From Mustelus asterias (taxonomy: Eukaryota), in assembly GCF_964213995.1 (NCBI RefSeq), contig NC_135830.1:4650001-4714000 (forward strand): a stretch of 64,000 nucleotides of DNA. The letters run 5' to 3'. Shown in pieces: positions 49,275 through 61,665 of the stretch; position 1 is the first letter of the stretch, and every line of letters starts with the position of its first letter. The position numbers were made by a program, and so were the translations under genes. The notes under the pieces were generated by a model, which did not search any database, was not told the DNA's origin, and worked only from the letters and a program-made list of their open reading frames with translations.

Positions 49275-50200
49275 CAGGGTTTTGTTGAGACCACATCTGG
49301 AATAGTGTGTGCAGTTTGGGTCTCCACATTTAAGACAAAATAAAAACAAAATAGTGATGATGCTGGAAACTGAATCAGAAACAGAAAATGCCGCAAAATC
49401 TTAACAGGTCTTACAGCAGCTGTGGAGAGGGGATAAAGTCAACGTTTTGCGTCACGATGACCCTTCGTCAGAGTAGGCTATACTTTTATGGGAGACGGTA
49501 CAGCGAAGGTTCAGGAGATTCTTCTCTGGGATAAGGGCGTTACCTTGTGACGACAGGCTGACGGAATAGAACTGAAGTTCTCCAGAGTTTCAATGAAACC
49601 TGCATAATACTGACTGAGTGCAGCACAGCCGCCTCACAGCGGCAGGGACCTGAGTTCTATTCCGGCCTCCTGTGACTGTGTGAAGCTTGCACGTTTTCCC
49701 CTTGTCTGTGTGCATTTACCTCTGGCTCCCCATTCCTGCCACGGTCCAAAGATGTGTGGGTTCGGTGGATTGGCCATGCTAAATTGCCTCTCAGTGTCAG
49801 AGGGAATAGCAAGGTGAATGTGTGGTGTGACGGGGATATGGTGCAGGTGGGATTGTTATCGGTATAGGATTGGTGGACCGAATGGCCTCCTTTTATGTCC
49901 TGCAGGGATTCTCAGATTCTACGAGTTTGAAGGGTGGATGCTGAGATAATATTCTCCTTGGAGCGAGAATCTAAAACACGGGACACAATCTCAGAATGAG
50001 GCACTGATCATTTAGGTCTGAGGTGAGGAAAAAATGCTTCACTCAAAGGGTAACTAATCTTCGGAATTCACGCCACAGACTTGTCGATGCTCCATCATTG
50101 AACACATTTCAACCCGGGTTCGGCAGATTTCTGATCCATCCAGCAATGACTAGGAACAGGAATATGGAATTGGAACAAATGTTCAGCCATAAATTAATGT
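49275..50200 (+). mobile_element. Old CR1 3' fragment with a nested PLE-end repeat (49340-49473) and an HE1 SINE (49618-49921)
   Basis: RPHLE*CVQFGSPHL...FTQRVTNLRNS; the nested elements are recognised from their paralogs. Confidence 0.7.
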
Positions 50201-50420
50201 TTGTATTCTAATTGTTAAGCTTAATAGCATAATGGGTGCATGTATATTATGTTAAATATAATATGTTTGAAATGAATAGTCATTGAATAATGTTGGAAAC
50301 CCCAGATAACAGTACATCCGGTAACACTTGAGAGCTATTTTTTATTGACGCCCACGGACCCATGGCCAACCCGCAACTGTTTGCCTGTGAATGCCAATGG
50401 TGTGAAAACAGTAAAAGCTC

Positions 50421-50494
50421 CGCCACAGGGTGGTTTCGAACCACCACCCTATCGGTTAAGAGCCGAACACGCTGACTAATTGCGACACAGAGAC
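50421..50494 (-). pseudogene. tRNA-Asn-derived pseudogene (anticodon reads CTT)
   Basis: Minus gtctctgtgtcgcaattagtcagcgtgttcggctCTTaaccgatagggtggtggttcgaaaccaccctgtggcg. Flank is paralogous to 26842-27050. Confidence 0.8.
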
Positions 50495-51437
50495 TGAAAC
50501 AGCAACTGTTAAAGATATTCTTCACTTGGGTGTCAATGACCACAATTCTATTTCTGCAAAACCGGTTCCAGAACTACAGCATGACCTCACCGTGTACAAT
50601 TCTGTACAAGTCTCTTTGGTTATTTTGACCCCGCAGTATTGCTGTGGTGTAACAGTTATTCCCTTTCTCCTATGAACGTGCAGGTTACAGAAATCCATGC
50701 CTTTCATCCCAGGGAGGAATTCACCGGGAGGGAAGGGAACTGACCACCTGAAGCCCTCGGATCCAATACTTTCCACTCAATCATCGATAATACCACTCAC
50801 AGCTGCAACTCCTTCCAAACATTGCGATCCGTTTCCCTCTGGATTTGTTCCAAGATTTAATATTTTCCTTGTTTTCTCCTCGTTTTGAAATGAGATTCGC
50901 TTCAATATACAACACAAATAGAATTGCAAACATGACGGAGAAACAGTGGGGAACAACTCTCTGGGGAACATAAATCCCATGATGCTCATTTTCAGATTCA
51001 TAACACTCAGCTTTTCACTCAAATGAAGGAATTTATCACTGAAATGTTTTGGAAAATTGGTGTGTATTGTGTTTGTGACTCACTCAGGTATTGTGTAAAT
51101 GCTGCTCGAAGGTTCAGTGAGCGGGATATCATCTATCGACGTTTTTGCTGAGTTTGTATTCAGTGTACTGGGAGGTTTGAACCGGGTTGAATCTTGTGTC
51201 CCAGGGATCGGCAGTAACCCGCTGACTGAAGCTACAGTTCTGCTGGCAGCGGATGGGTGATTGGACAATGCGGGGCAAAATCCTGCTGCTTTCCCTGTCT
51301 CACTCACTGTGGAGCTGGGGAAGAGAGAATCATTGATGGGTGTTTTCCCTTTACTGAAATGTGGCTTCGCGTGACTGTTAACGGAGGTGACGCTGCTGAA
51401 ACCATTAGTAATCTGACGCAAATCAATTGGGGGCAGT

Positions 51438-51532
51438 GCTCCAATGGAGCAATCGGTTAGCGTGCGGTACTTATACAACAGTGCAGCCAGCGGGCTATTC
51501 CGAGATTATGAAATCCAGCATCACCTGGAGCA
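51438..51532 (+). pseudogene. Intron-containing tRNA-Ile(TAT) pseudogene
   Basis: GCTCCAaTGGaGCAATCGGTTAGCGtGCGGTACTTATA[caacagtgcagccagcgggct]ATtCCGAGaTT...TCACCTGGAGCA; T loop decayed. Confidence 0.85.
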
Positions 51533-52547
51533 GATTTTTTTAAAATGTGAAACGATGGCCTCGTGGTATTATCGCTCGACCAGTTAATATTCTGCGGACG
51601 GCCACGACTGCTGGTGGAATTTGAAAACAATGAAGAAGATTGGAATTAAGAATCCACTGATGACCATGAAACCACTGTCCATTGTTGGAAAAACCCATGA
51701 TTCACTAATGTCCTTCAGGGAAGGAAATCTGTTGCTCTTAGCAGGCCTGACCTACACGTGACTCCAGAGAGACTGCAAAATGGTTGTCTCTCAACTAGGG
51801 ATGGGCAATAAATGCTGGTCAGCGACGCTTATGTTCCATGAACGAACGAAAGAAAGAGCCGGAACGTGTAGGTTTGAGAGAAGCTTTCTGAACCGTCAGA
51901 GTTCGAAACGGGAGGCACTGAAAAATATTGGGTTTGAGTGTGAACGGAACTATAGAGGGATGGGGAATGTAAAATACAATGTAAGAACTTTATTCATTTA
52001 ATTTTCAACAAATTTTTGATTTTTGATCCTCACTCTTAGTTTAAATCAACGCACAGTTGCATCTGCAGTCGTTACTTTCTGCGGTTGGCGGATCATTGGA
52101 GAGTATGGGGCGGTGGGGGCGGGGGAGGGGGGTGTAAAATCCTGCTGCTACTCCCTGTCTCACTGGAGCCGGAGCAGAGAAAATCATTGTTGGGTTTGTT
52201 TCCCCGTCTCTAATGTGGCTGCGAGTGACCGTTATTAACGGAGGTGGTGCTGCAGGAACCTTTAATAATCTAACACAAATTAACAGGAATCAGCCGGAAT
52301 GTGTCGGTTTGAGGGAAGCTTTCTGAACGTCAGAGCTGGAAACGGGAGTCAATGAAAAATGTTCTGTCGGGTTTGAGTGTGTCCAGAACTATAAAAGGGA
52401 AGGCTAAATGTAACACAGTGTTAGATACAGTATTCAGTTATTGCCTTTTCCTCACTCTGAGGTTAAATGTATGTTCAAATGTTTCTGCCCGCTTTTGAAC
52501 TGGTAATCTCTCGTTCGGTGAATCTTGTAATCACTACGCTACAGAAA

Positions 52548-53735
52548 CGATGCGTTCCCTCCATCGTGGAAACCTTGGATAAACCCATATCTGAGGTCAC
52601 CATTGCAGATGTCAGAGCTGCTTTCTCGAAGGTCAACCCACGGAAAATGACTGGCCCAGATGGGGTACCCAGACGAGCACTCAGATACTGCGTGAATAGC
52701 TGGCGGGGGAATTTGCAGACATCTTCAACCTCTCTTTACAACAATCTGAGGGCCCCGTCTGCTTCAGGAAGACGAATGTCATCACAGTACCAAAGAAAAG
52801 CCAAGCAGCGTGTCTTAATGACTACCGTCTGTTTGCTCTGGCATCCGTCATTGTGAAATGCTTCGAAAGGCTAGTCAATCAATTCCAGCCTCCCGTACTA
52901 CCTGGATCCAATACATTCGCTTACCGCCGCAACAGATCCACATCAGACGCCATCTCCCAGGCCCTGCAGTCTATCCTGGAACACCTAGATAACGCATATG
53001 GCAGACTCCTATTTATTGACGACTGCTCAGCCTTCAACACCATTATTCCTACAAAACTCATCTCCAAGCTCCATGCCCTGCGCCTCGGCTCCTCCCTCTG
53101 AGACTGGATCTTAACCCACAGTCTACAATCAATAAGGGTAGGCAACAACACATCCTGCACGATCATGCTCAAGACCGGTCTCCTCAAAGCTGTGTTCTCA
53201 TCCCCTACTATATTCCATATATACCAATGGCTGTGTGACCAAATTTCCCTCCAACTCGATTTTCAAGTTTGCTGACCATACCAACGTAGTGGCGTGGATC
53301 TCAAACAATGACGAGAAAGAGTACAGGAGTGAGATAGAGAATCGGCGACAACAATCTCTCCTTCAATGTCAAAAAAAGCAGATTGTCATCGACTTCAGGA
53401 AGCGTAGAGGAGAACATGTGCTTGTCCACATCAACGGGGCCGAAGTGGAAAGTATCGAGAGCTTCAAGTGTTTAGATGGCCAGATCACCAACAACCAGTC
53501 CTGGTCTCTCCCCCCCCCCCGCCCCGCCCCCCCTGCCCCCCCCCCCCCACCTGCTGACACTATAGTTAAGAAAGCGCGCGAATTGGGGGCCTTTTGCGGT
53601 TCCTGTCCTGCCCAGGACCGCAATAAACTGCAAAGGCTCGTGAATGTACCCCAGTTCATCACGCAAACGAGTCTCCCATCCATTGACTCTCTACACTTCC
53701 CGCTGCCCCGACAAAGCAGCCACGATAATTAAGGG
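52548..53735 (+). mobile_element. Rex1/Babar-type LINE RT, frameshifted
   Basis: KVNPRKMTGPDGVP...MKCFERLV...FAYRRNRSTSDAIS.AL...LLFID..SAFNTIIP...IFKFADHT. Confidence 0.85.
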
Positions 53736-54212
53736 CCCGAGGAGACAGTGCAGTGCTCAGAGAATGCTGCACCGTCAGATCTGCCAGCGTCTCGATGACC
53801 TGTTAAATCGGGGGCACCGTCTTCCCTCTCAGCTGGAGGTGATACATCACATGGTCACTGTTTCTCAGCAGAACAGGAGAAATGTCCTGTTTGATATCTG
53901 CTCACCAATCACAATTACTGAAACAGACAGAATACTACAATATTACTGAATGAAATGACACGCTGAGTCTAAATTGGCTGCTGTGTTTTCCACAGTGATA
54001 GGGAAACACTTCGGGACATCAAACTCTATCAATAGTCTAATGTTCTTTCTCTAAACTGCCCCCATTGTTTTAGTTTGGTCATATATTTATTAACAGTAAA
54101 AATATATTAGAATTAAAAGTTTGAGATACCAGCATGATTTCAGGTTCCACATCAGACTCACTCTGATCACAATGTTTGCCTAATGCTCTGTTATGTTGAG
54201 CGAGGCTCTGAC

Positions 54213-54251
54213 AGTTTTTGTACAGATTCAGCCCTGCTCTGCGTCTCTGTG
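54213..54251 (-). other. 23-bp spacer recombination signal sequence
   Basis: CACAGAG-acgcagagcagggctgaatctgt (23 nt)-ACAAAAACT, directly after YYCALS. Confidence 0.92.
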
Positions 54252-55138
54252 TGACTAAGTGCACAGTAATACATCCCGGAGTCTGTCAGCTCTGTTTTAG
54301 AAACTTTCAGCGGTACGGTGCGGGTTGTATCATTGAGCTCCGCTGACAAACGGTACCCTGGGATCTCCCTGTGTTACCAGTCTATTTATTTGTCTGCAGC
54401 AGATACTCCATGGATGCGCTGGGATACTGACGGTACCAGAATAGATAAAGGTTGTTGTTTGTAGCTTTGTAATTACAGAGCAACCTAACATCATCTCCTT
54501 CAGTGACGGTGACTGTAGCCGTTGTCTGTGAAACAGAATCTCCTCTGGAAGGTCCTGTAAGAATCCAAAGGAATGTTAAATTAAACATTGCGACTACACC
54601 ACGTTTCCCCAGAATTTGCGGGTTATCGGCAAGAATAATCTCACAGAGAAATCAGAGAGCAAAACAAAACATATGTCTCTCAGTTCAGTGGCTGGAATGG
54701 GAAGGTGTTTGTGGCGATTAAGTAAAACTTCCACCATAAACATTCTGCTCTTTCTAACGGGATTAGTTCCTCGACTTCAGTCCCTGTTACTGAAAACTGC
54801 TCACGGTCTGTCTGTTTGAAGTGTGATGTTTACCAAAGTCATTCACTGGTATCAGAGGAGCTTGAATATGAGCCCAACTCATTCTCTATCAATCCCTGGG
54901 GGAAATGTGCCCAATCCCAACAGTGTTCAATGTTGAGACCAGCGAGATCCAGATAACTTTTCGATTTTGTGATCAATCCATTCCCTGATCACCCACTCTC
55001 TCCCCCTTTGCATTGAGCGAACCGCCCGGCAGAATACAGTGTGTGGTAATGGTGTGTAACACAGAGTGAGCAACTTGTGAACTTACCGATTAACAGAGCT
55101 GCCGCTGTGAGGAATAAATACAGAGTAACAAGACACAT
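54252..55138 (-). pseudogene. TCR V-alpha/delta pseudogene: leader 55087-55138, V exon 54252-54554
   Basis: Leader MCLVTLYLFLTAAALLI(G)|gtaagt. V exon reads GDSVSQTTATVTVTEGDDVRLLCNYKATNNNLYLFWYRQYPSASMEYLLQTNK*, then a frameshift, then RLSAELNDTTRTVPLKVSKTELTDSGMYYCALS. Confidence 0.92.
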
Positions 55139-55254
55139 GTTTGCAGAGCTCGCGGCGAACTTGACCAAAACGGGTTGAAGCTGAATTTGTTTCGGTCAAG
55201 AGTTGGGAAAAGGTTGAGTCATATCCGTCTCCCTGTTGATTGGTTTACTGTTGA

Positions 55255-55275
55255 AAACGTCATCAGATGACATCC
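55255..55275. promoter_or_regulatory. CRE-like element ~120 nt upstream of the V leader ATG
   Basis: acgtcatcagatgacat is near-palindromic and contains a TGACGT half-site. CRE-like motifs are typical of TCR V promoters. Confidence 0.4.
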
Positions 55276-58226
55276 AATCGGCATCAATCTCCGATGTTCT
55301 TCAGTTCAACCAATGACCTCACAGTTCATTTATCTGCAATTCATTCTATTGGCGGAGGGACGAAAGGAACAAAGTGAATTTGGTCATCCCACGACAGGGG
55401 ATGACTTTCCTCTTCAACCGTAATTTCAGGAACCGACCGGTCCCCTGAGTCCTGATGGCTCTGTTCTGACATGGAGAATGACAATATCCATCCTCAGAGC
55501 AACATAACAAGCAGTTTGTTATTAATCATGTTTGGGATAGCAGCTGCAGTGCGGGGGGGGGGGGGGGGGGGTGGGCGGGGGGAATGTTTTTTTTTGTTAA
55601 AACATCTAGCTCATAAGAAGTGACAGAACAATGAATGGTCTGAGATATTTCAATATGATGTTCCCTCAATTTGTAATTTTGCAGTCTGTGAAATCCTCTT
55701 TCAGAGTGGAAATATAGCGTACCTCCCCATTGGACTGCTGATCCAATCAGTGCCAAACAGAGAAAAGTAGCAAAGATCAATATCTCCAATGAAATCTCCA
55801 AGAAAACAGCACAGGAGAGACGGGTCAGAGTGCGAACAGCACAGGAAAACTGAGTGGGCCTACCATAGGCAGTATGGTACAGCTACGATTTATCTGCAAG
55901 GAGCTGAACTCAATAACAATGTCAAATTGGGAATACGATAACTTTGCCTCTCTATATGAGAGGCAGCTGAATGTCCATTCCATACTGCGGACCAGGATTC
56001 TTGCACCAGGAGTATCGGGTTAGTAAGTGATTCAATACAAAGCCAAATCCTCATCAGTGATGTGGATGGAAAATGGGACCGAATAGCTGTGCAGGCAGAT
56101 TGACGAGGTTCTGAATTAATGTACAAGGTAACAGAAAAAGCTTTAATGTTTACGTTAAAGCCTGGGAAAGGAAATGTGCACAATTTCCATAAATCAGCAG
56201 ACAAGGACAGTCTGGAACAAATAGGCAGAGAAGGGCATCGAAAACGAAAATAAAAGGTGCTGAAGTATCTCAGATCGATTTGTCAATCTTATTTCAATTG
56301 CAAATGTAAGTTCCGACCATCAACTAATTCTGACCACTGTGGAAAACACAGCAGCCAATTTAGACTCAGCGTGTCATTTCATTCTGAGCACCTCAGTTCG
56401 GTCTCTCATTTACCTCCTTTGATATTCGGAGATGAACTCCTGTGTCACAGCGGCTAGCGTCTGTGCCTCTGAGGCAGAAACTTCGGCTTGAATTCCAAAG
56501 CCTGTACCTGATAGCCAAGGATATTTATTGGAGCCTCAGCCATTACTTTCCATATCTCCAGACAATAACATGGATGAAAAAGTCAAATTTGCCGCGGCAA
56601 CTCGGACTGCTCCGCTGGAGTGGTTTGAACGGAGGACAGGTTGTTGCAGGAGCACAGAGCCCTATTCCAATTCGGGCTGTGGTGTATTTCAAACCTGCCT
56701 GCTTGTCCTTTGCGCTGCGCAGTTCATCACGCTTTGGGTAGGACCTGCTTCTTTGCAGAGAACTCCAGAAGAATGTATAAGAGGAACAATTTCAGTTTGC
56801 CTAATCCAGTTGCATCGTTATCCCTCAACCCTGTCATTATTCTGGTGTGGTGCCTCCGCACTTTTTCCAATGTCATTACCCTCGCTCTAATCGTCTTCCC
56901 CAAGATTGCACACAGAGCCCTTGGTTTCGTTAAACGATGATGTATGCGGGTTTGTACGACTTTCTGGCTTGACAGGAAAAACAACGAGGACAGTGTATAA
57001 TTAGCTCCAATTTAAATCACTGGAAGACATTGTCTGACATTTCTGCTTTGATATGTAACCTAATACATCAGAAATCCACTCAAAAGTCCCATTTTTAACC
57101 AAACTGTACTGAATCCACCAGAGGACGTCTCCACGATCGAGCCTGGCCATCGGAATGTCCCGTGAGACCAACGCTAAAGCCAATGGGGATGGTAGTCTGA
57201 GTGAGGTCACAATGGGCCTGCGTTGTGTGGGTGGAGATAAGCTGAACAGAGTCTGAGTTTACTATGTCAACAACCCCTTTCCCTGAGTTGACCGCAACAT
57301 CATACCCTGGTTTTAAAGGAATAAACAATCAATGAGAAGCCGAAAAGGAAGCTAAGCTGGTAGATTGATACAACTGGGAGGCATGATTTAGCAAAATCTT
57401 CCTTATATTAATTTAACCACTGAGCTTTTCCACATAATCTACGCCTGTGCACCCGGGTACCAGAATAAACAATGAAACTTCATTGCAGTATCATGCGTTC
57501 AGTCTCAGCCTTGACTCCTGCCTTAACATCGGAGGACAGACAGTGACCGAAGTTCCGTGGTTGTAAAAAGTAAGACCGTGAGGAATTTAATTTTCTGATT
57601 CAATCTATGCTTGGGCACTGAAAGAAAATGTGAAACACGTTTATTCACATTTCCCTGTGTGGTGAGATGAGTGTGAGTGAGTGGAAAAACAGAACTAATG
57701 TCCTTATAAGGGGAAGGTGTTCCGGTGTTTTTGTGTTATTATAAGACAGAAACTCTGGACTGAGAAAGATGTCAGAAAACATTAAAGCTGAAAAATGATG
57801 CTCCAAACGACAAAGACCATTGGTTCATTTTAAAAATAATTGTCTGCGAGCAAACACAACATTCTTATCAAATAGACTCTCTGCACCGCTGTGATCAACT
57901 GGACTGAGAAACTGAAGGATTGATGGGGAAGGAACTATACAATAATTCAGACATTGGGAAAAACATTAAAAAACAAAATATAAATTGGGGAATCACACTT
58001 TAATTTGAGACCTTTTTCATATAGATGTGAGTTGAATCAACTAGTTTAATTAATTACGTGACTCTCAGCTCCTTGTTGAGCCTTGACTTGAAATTATAAA
58101 ATGACATTGTGACGCTCACAGTTAATGTTTCAGATTATCAGTGTGAGAGCGCACTCTGCTGATCGCTAACTTGAACTCCCAGTCTGGGGTTTTTGTACGG
58201 CATCAGCGACATCTCTGCAGCAGTAG

Positions 58227-58650
58227 CTTCATGGCACAAAAATTCACGGCGCTGTCGGAGGGAAGAGCTCCAGCGATATTTAAGGGGGCTGTGTTGTTTC
58301 CTTTGTGAAAAGCAGCCGATAACCTGTCTGGGGAATCTCGAGGTGTTTTGATATCCCCCCAGCTGTATATCTTTATCAAATATCTCGGAGCCTCCCCGTG
58401 ATGCTGGATGTACCAGAAGAGAACAGTTGTCGAGTATTTACAGTCCAATATTACGCCCTGTCCTTCTAGTACCGGTAATTCAGATTGATTCTGGAACACC
58501 GAATCTTCACCATTTGTCCCTGCAACAAAACACGGAATGTATCAAATAATTGGGAATGAAGATATTACAGGAAACACACACTGCCCATTTAAGTAATGAC
58601 TTACCGGTCAGAAAGACAATTATTATCAGAATTGAAGCTAGGGAACTCAT
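58227..58650 (-). pseudogene. TCR V-alpha/delta segment, open frame but defective RSS: leader 58605-58650, V exon ~58227-58519
   Basis: Leader MSSLASILIIIVFLT(G)|gtaagt, then an 85-nt intron, then EDSVFQNQSELPVLEGQGVILDCKYSTTVLFWYIQHHGEAPRYLI...DRLSAAFHKGNNTAPLNIAGALPSDSAVNFCAMK. Nonamer ACAAAAACC at 58188-58196, but the heptamer lacks CAC. Confidence 0.88.
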
Positions 58651-59561
58651 GGTGTCTGGATTGCAGTCCGAATACATTAACATAATAGTTGAAATCTGCA
58701 GCCGTTCCAGCCTGAGGCAAAAAGAGTAAACTCCAATCAGGAACAGGCTTCACATCAGCAGAACTTGAAGGGGCGTTTCCCGAGGAGAGGATTGGATGCT
58801 TTCTCAGAACTAGTGATAGGTGGGCGCCAATCAGTGTTAATTCTGGAGCGATTTGTTCCTTTCGGATTCTCCTTGTTTTTTTATCAGCGTCTTTTTTCTT
58901 CTTCATCTGTTTCTCTATTTTGCGGTTTCTCTGTGCGTTGAACCCCTTCTTCCTGTCCCTGACCCTCTCTCGCGCGCTCTCTATTTCTCCCGATTTCTCT
59001 AAGAATTCAGAATACAATTTCTCCCAATTTCCCGCTCTAATGAATTCACCAAAAAATAGGTGATTATTTAATGGCAGAATCTATAGTCGATGAAATATAA
59101 TAACATCAATTGAGACACGACATTGAAATTGAAGCAGTTACCTTTAAATCAAAGAGTATGTCGGAAATGTGCCAATTAGCTTTCATACCTTCATCGTCTC
59201 TATGAGCGGTATTTCAAACCCAACAACGGGGCACTGTGAAAAGCAACATCCGAAATGCAATCAGGAATTCCAGAAACAGAAATAAAAATAACTTTAGTGA
59301 TTGATTTCATTTATGTTTATTTATTAGTGTCACAAGTAGGCTTACATTAACGCTGCAACGAAGTTACTGTGAAAATCCCCAAGTCGCCACATTCCGGCGC
59401 CTGCTCGGTTACACTGAGGGAGAATTTAGCATGGCCAATTCACTTACCATAATATAACATAACACGTGATTAGCAAAGGGTGATTTCCGAGAGCCGCTTG
59501 TCCCTCTGGAATACAAGACCAGCAGCTGAACCCGCTGCGGTAAACACACAAACATGGTGAG

Positions 59562-59580
59562 GCAGCGCCATCTGGTGGAG
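59562..59580 (-). promoter_or_regulatory. Candidate CTCF site
   Basis: Minus ctCCACCAGATGGCGCTGc, a near-consensus CTCF core. Confidence 0.7.
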
Positions 59581-61049
59581 ATCTATGGAAATGTCCATTC
59601 CTGGCAAAATATTTGAATTCTCAAGTTTCTGAAATATGTTATTCAAAAGATAGAGGTAGAGATTATTTTCCATTATTGGGATACTGGATGGTGCAGCAGC
59701 TCCTTTATTGAAGGGCCTTGGATTCATTCAACATCCAAACAGGACTGGTGGAAATCCTGTCAGTAAAAGTGGGTGGCGTGGCATGACGGGGCATTTGACC
59801 TCGTACACAGGGCGGTAAGGTAGCAATTTAAGCAGCAATTCAACAAATTCCAAGTTGCTTAATTTGTAATTCAATATTTATTGATAGGTCATAGATCAGC
59901 CGTGTTATATGCATTGTTTATTTCTGACCATCAATTCATGAACTTAGCTCAGTTTCGAATGAACAACATGGATTCAGCCTTTGACAGACCAGGATATATC
60001 TGGGTCATGTGGTGCTGAATGCACCCATCATAAATTTCTGTTTTAATTTTAATTTAACCCATTGCCAGATGTTATGGTTCGTGCTTTAGCGTTGGAATAT
60101 ATGCATATAAGCATCTTTCGATCTGCTTCGTTCTTTGTTTATGTGTCCATGATTGTGAGAGTGTGTTACGTGCCCATGTGTCAATAGAAATGTACGGGAA
60201 AAAAATGTTGAAGCGCATTGTTTTGTCACCACAATCATATGAATACCAAATGTAATGGAAATACCAATTTTTAATTCGTGAGAAGAGAATGCAGATTGGT
60301 TGGAAAATGGGCTCTGATTATTAGAGATGTTCCATGGAGAATGTACCAGCTAAATGTTGACTGACAGTTAACTGCAAAGTTTTGTTTAAATTCAAACCAG
60401 GCACCTTCAGGTGTTCCTGCTGACCTTGTCGTCAATCTGCTTCTGCGAATTTGAATGAAGAGACAGAGGTGGAGGTGCATTTTCACTGATGGGACACTGG
60501 GTGGCGCAGCGAATACTTCACTGAAGTATCCAGGGTTCGCTCAAAATCGAAACAGGATTCGTAAGAAACCCTGTCAGTTAAAAGCGACACAGTGGGAAAG
60601 GGATATTTGATATGAAAAATAAAGCGATATGAGAAAACCGCGAATCTAGGCAGTTATCAATGTTACTCCATTTATACCCTCAATCTTTATTAACAATTAC
60701 ACGACATTTTACAGAAATGTTTATTTTAAAGTTGACTCCAGTTATGTATGTCAACTGAACAAAATATCGACGAAACATAGGGAAAAAAATAATATCTACA
60801 TAAAAGGCAGTGAACAAATATCAATAAGAAATAACTAAACTGCAGATTAATTCGAACAACATTGAATCTCCAAGATTCAATTATATGTATGCCACGATTT
60901 TCTCATTCAGTTAAAACAGAAAATGAAATACAGTTTACGTTGCTATCTCTTAACTGAAGTCGATTTAAATCACTAAAATAACACAATATATTTCCACAGC
61001 ACCGCTATATTGATAAACAGATGGAGAAAATTTGTCCGAAATCCATAAA

Positions 61050-61058
61050 TCACTTGAC
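61050..61058 (-). CDS. IGH: Second (distal) IgH TM2 exon, VK-stop
   Basis: ttttttttttcctattttacag|GTCAAGTGA. The ~135 nt upstream are paralogous to the TM1-TM2 intron. Confidence 0.75.
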   Translation of the reverse strand, partial: VK

Positions 61059-61195
61059 CTGTAAAATAGGAAAAAAAAAAGCAAACTTTTCATGTGTTTG
61101 AAGCATTTAGCTAAAGGTTGTTTATCAATTAAGAATTGTGGAGATGTTTCAAACCGCTTCCGTCAGTTAGAAATGTGAATAGATTGAATCATCAA

Positions 61196-61475
61196 GGCGG
61201 CACGGTGGCACAGCGTTAGCACTGCTGCTTCACTGCACCAAGGGACTCGGGTTCAATTCCAGGCTCGGGTGCCTGTCTGTGTGGAATTTGCACGTTCTCC
61301 CCGTGACTGCATGGGTTTCCTCCCATAGTCCAAGGGTGTGCAGATTAGGTGGATTGGACATGGTTAGTGCAGGTTAGGGGAATTAAATACGGGGATCGGG
61401 ATGGGTAAATGCTCTATTGGTAAATCGGAGCAGACTCAATGGGCTGAATTATCTCTTTGAATTGGTGCTATACAG
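61196..61475 (+). mobile_element. HE1-type SINE between the two TM2 exons
   Basis: ggcggcacggtggcacagcgttagcactgctgcttcac...gggttcaattcc. Confidence 0.85.
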
Positions 61476-61527
61476 AGATCTTAATAATCAGCTCAGGGAA
61501 ATCAACAGCGTCCAAAGATTCAACCGA

Positions 61528-61536
61528 TCACTTGAT
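61528..61536 (-). CDS. IGH: Proximal IgH TM2 exon, IK-stop
   Basis: tatctctcttttacag|ATCAAGTGA, 129 nt after the TM1 donor. Confidence 0.88.
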   Translation of the reverse strand: MK

Positions 61537-61665
61537 CTGTAAAAGAGAGATAAAATATTGAAGCAAATGTTTATGATCTGAGACATTAATGTTAGAGTTT
61601 TTAATCAATAAAACATTTCGCCATTTTTCTCTCAGTTTGAAATGTGAGTGGATTGGTCATCTCAC

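Noticed and set aside
56960-57220. V-like traces on minus (DLTQTTIPIGFSVG...VLWWIQ...FEWI, then CACTGTC)
   Set aside because: No conserved cysteines, no YxC and no credible nonamer. Cannot be supported without an HMM search.
57726-57765. Isolated nonamer-like TGTTTTTGT
   Set aside because: No CAC-containing heptamer at 12 or 23 spacing, and no J (FGxG/WGxG) or V coding flank.
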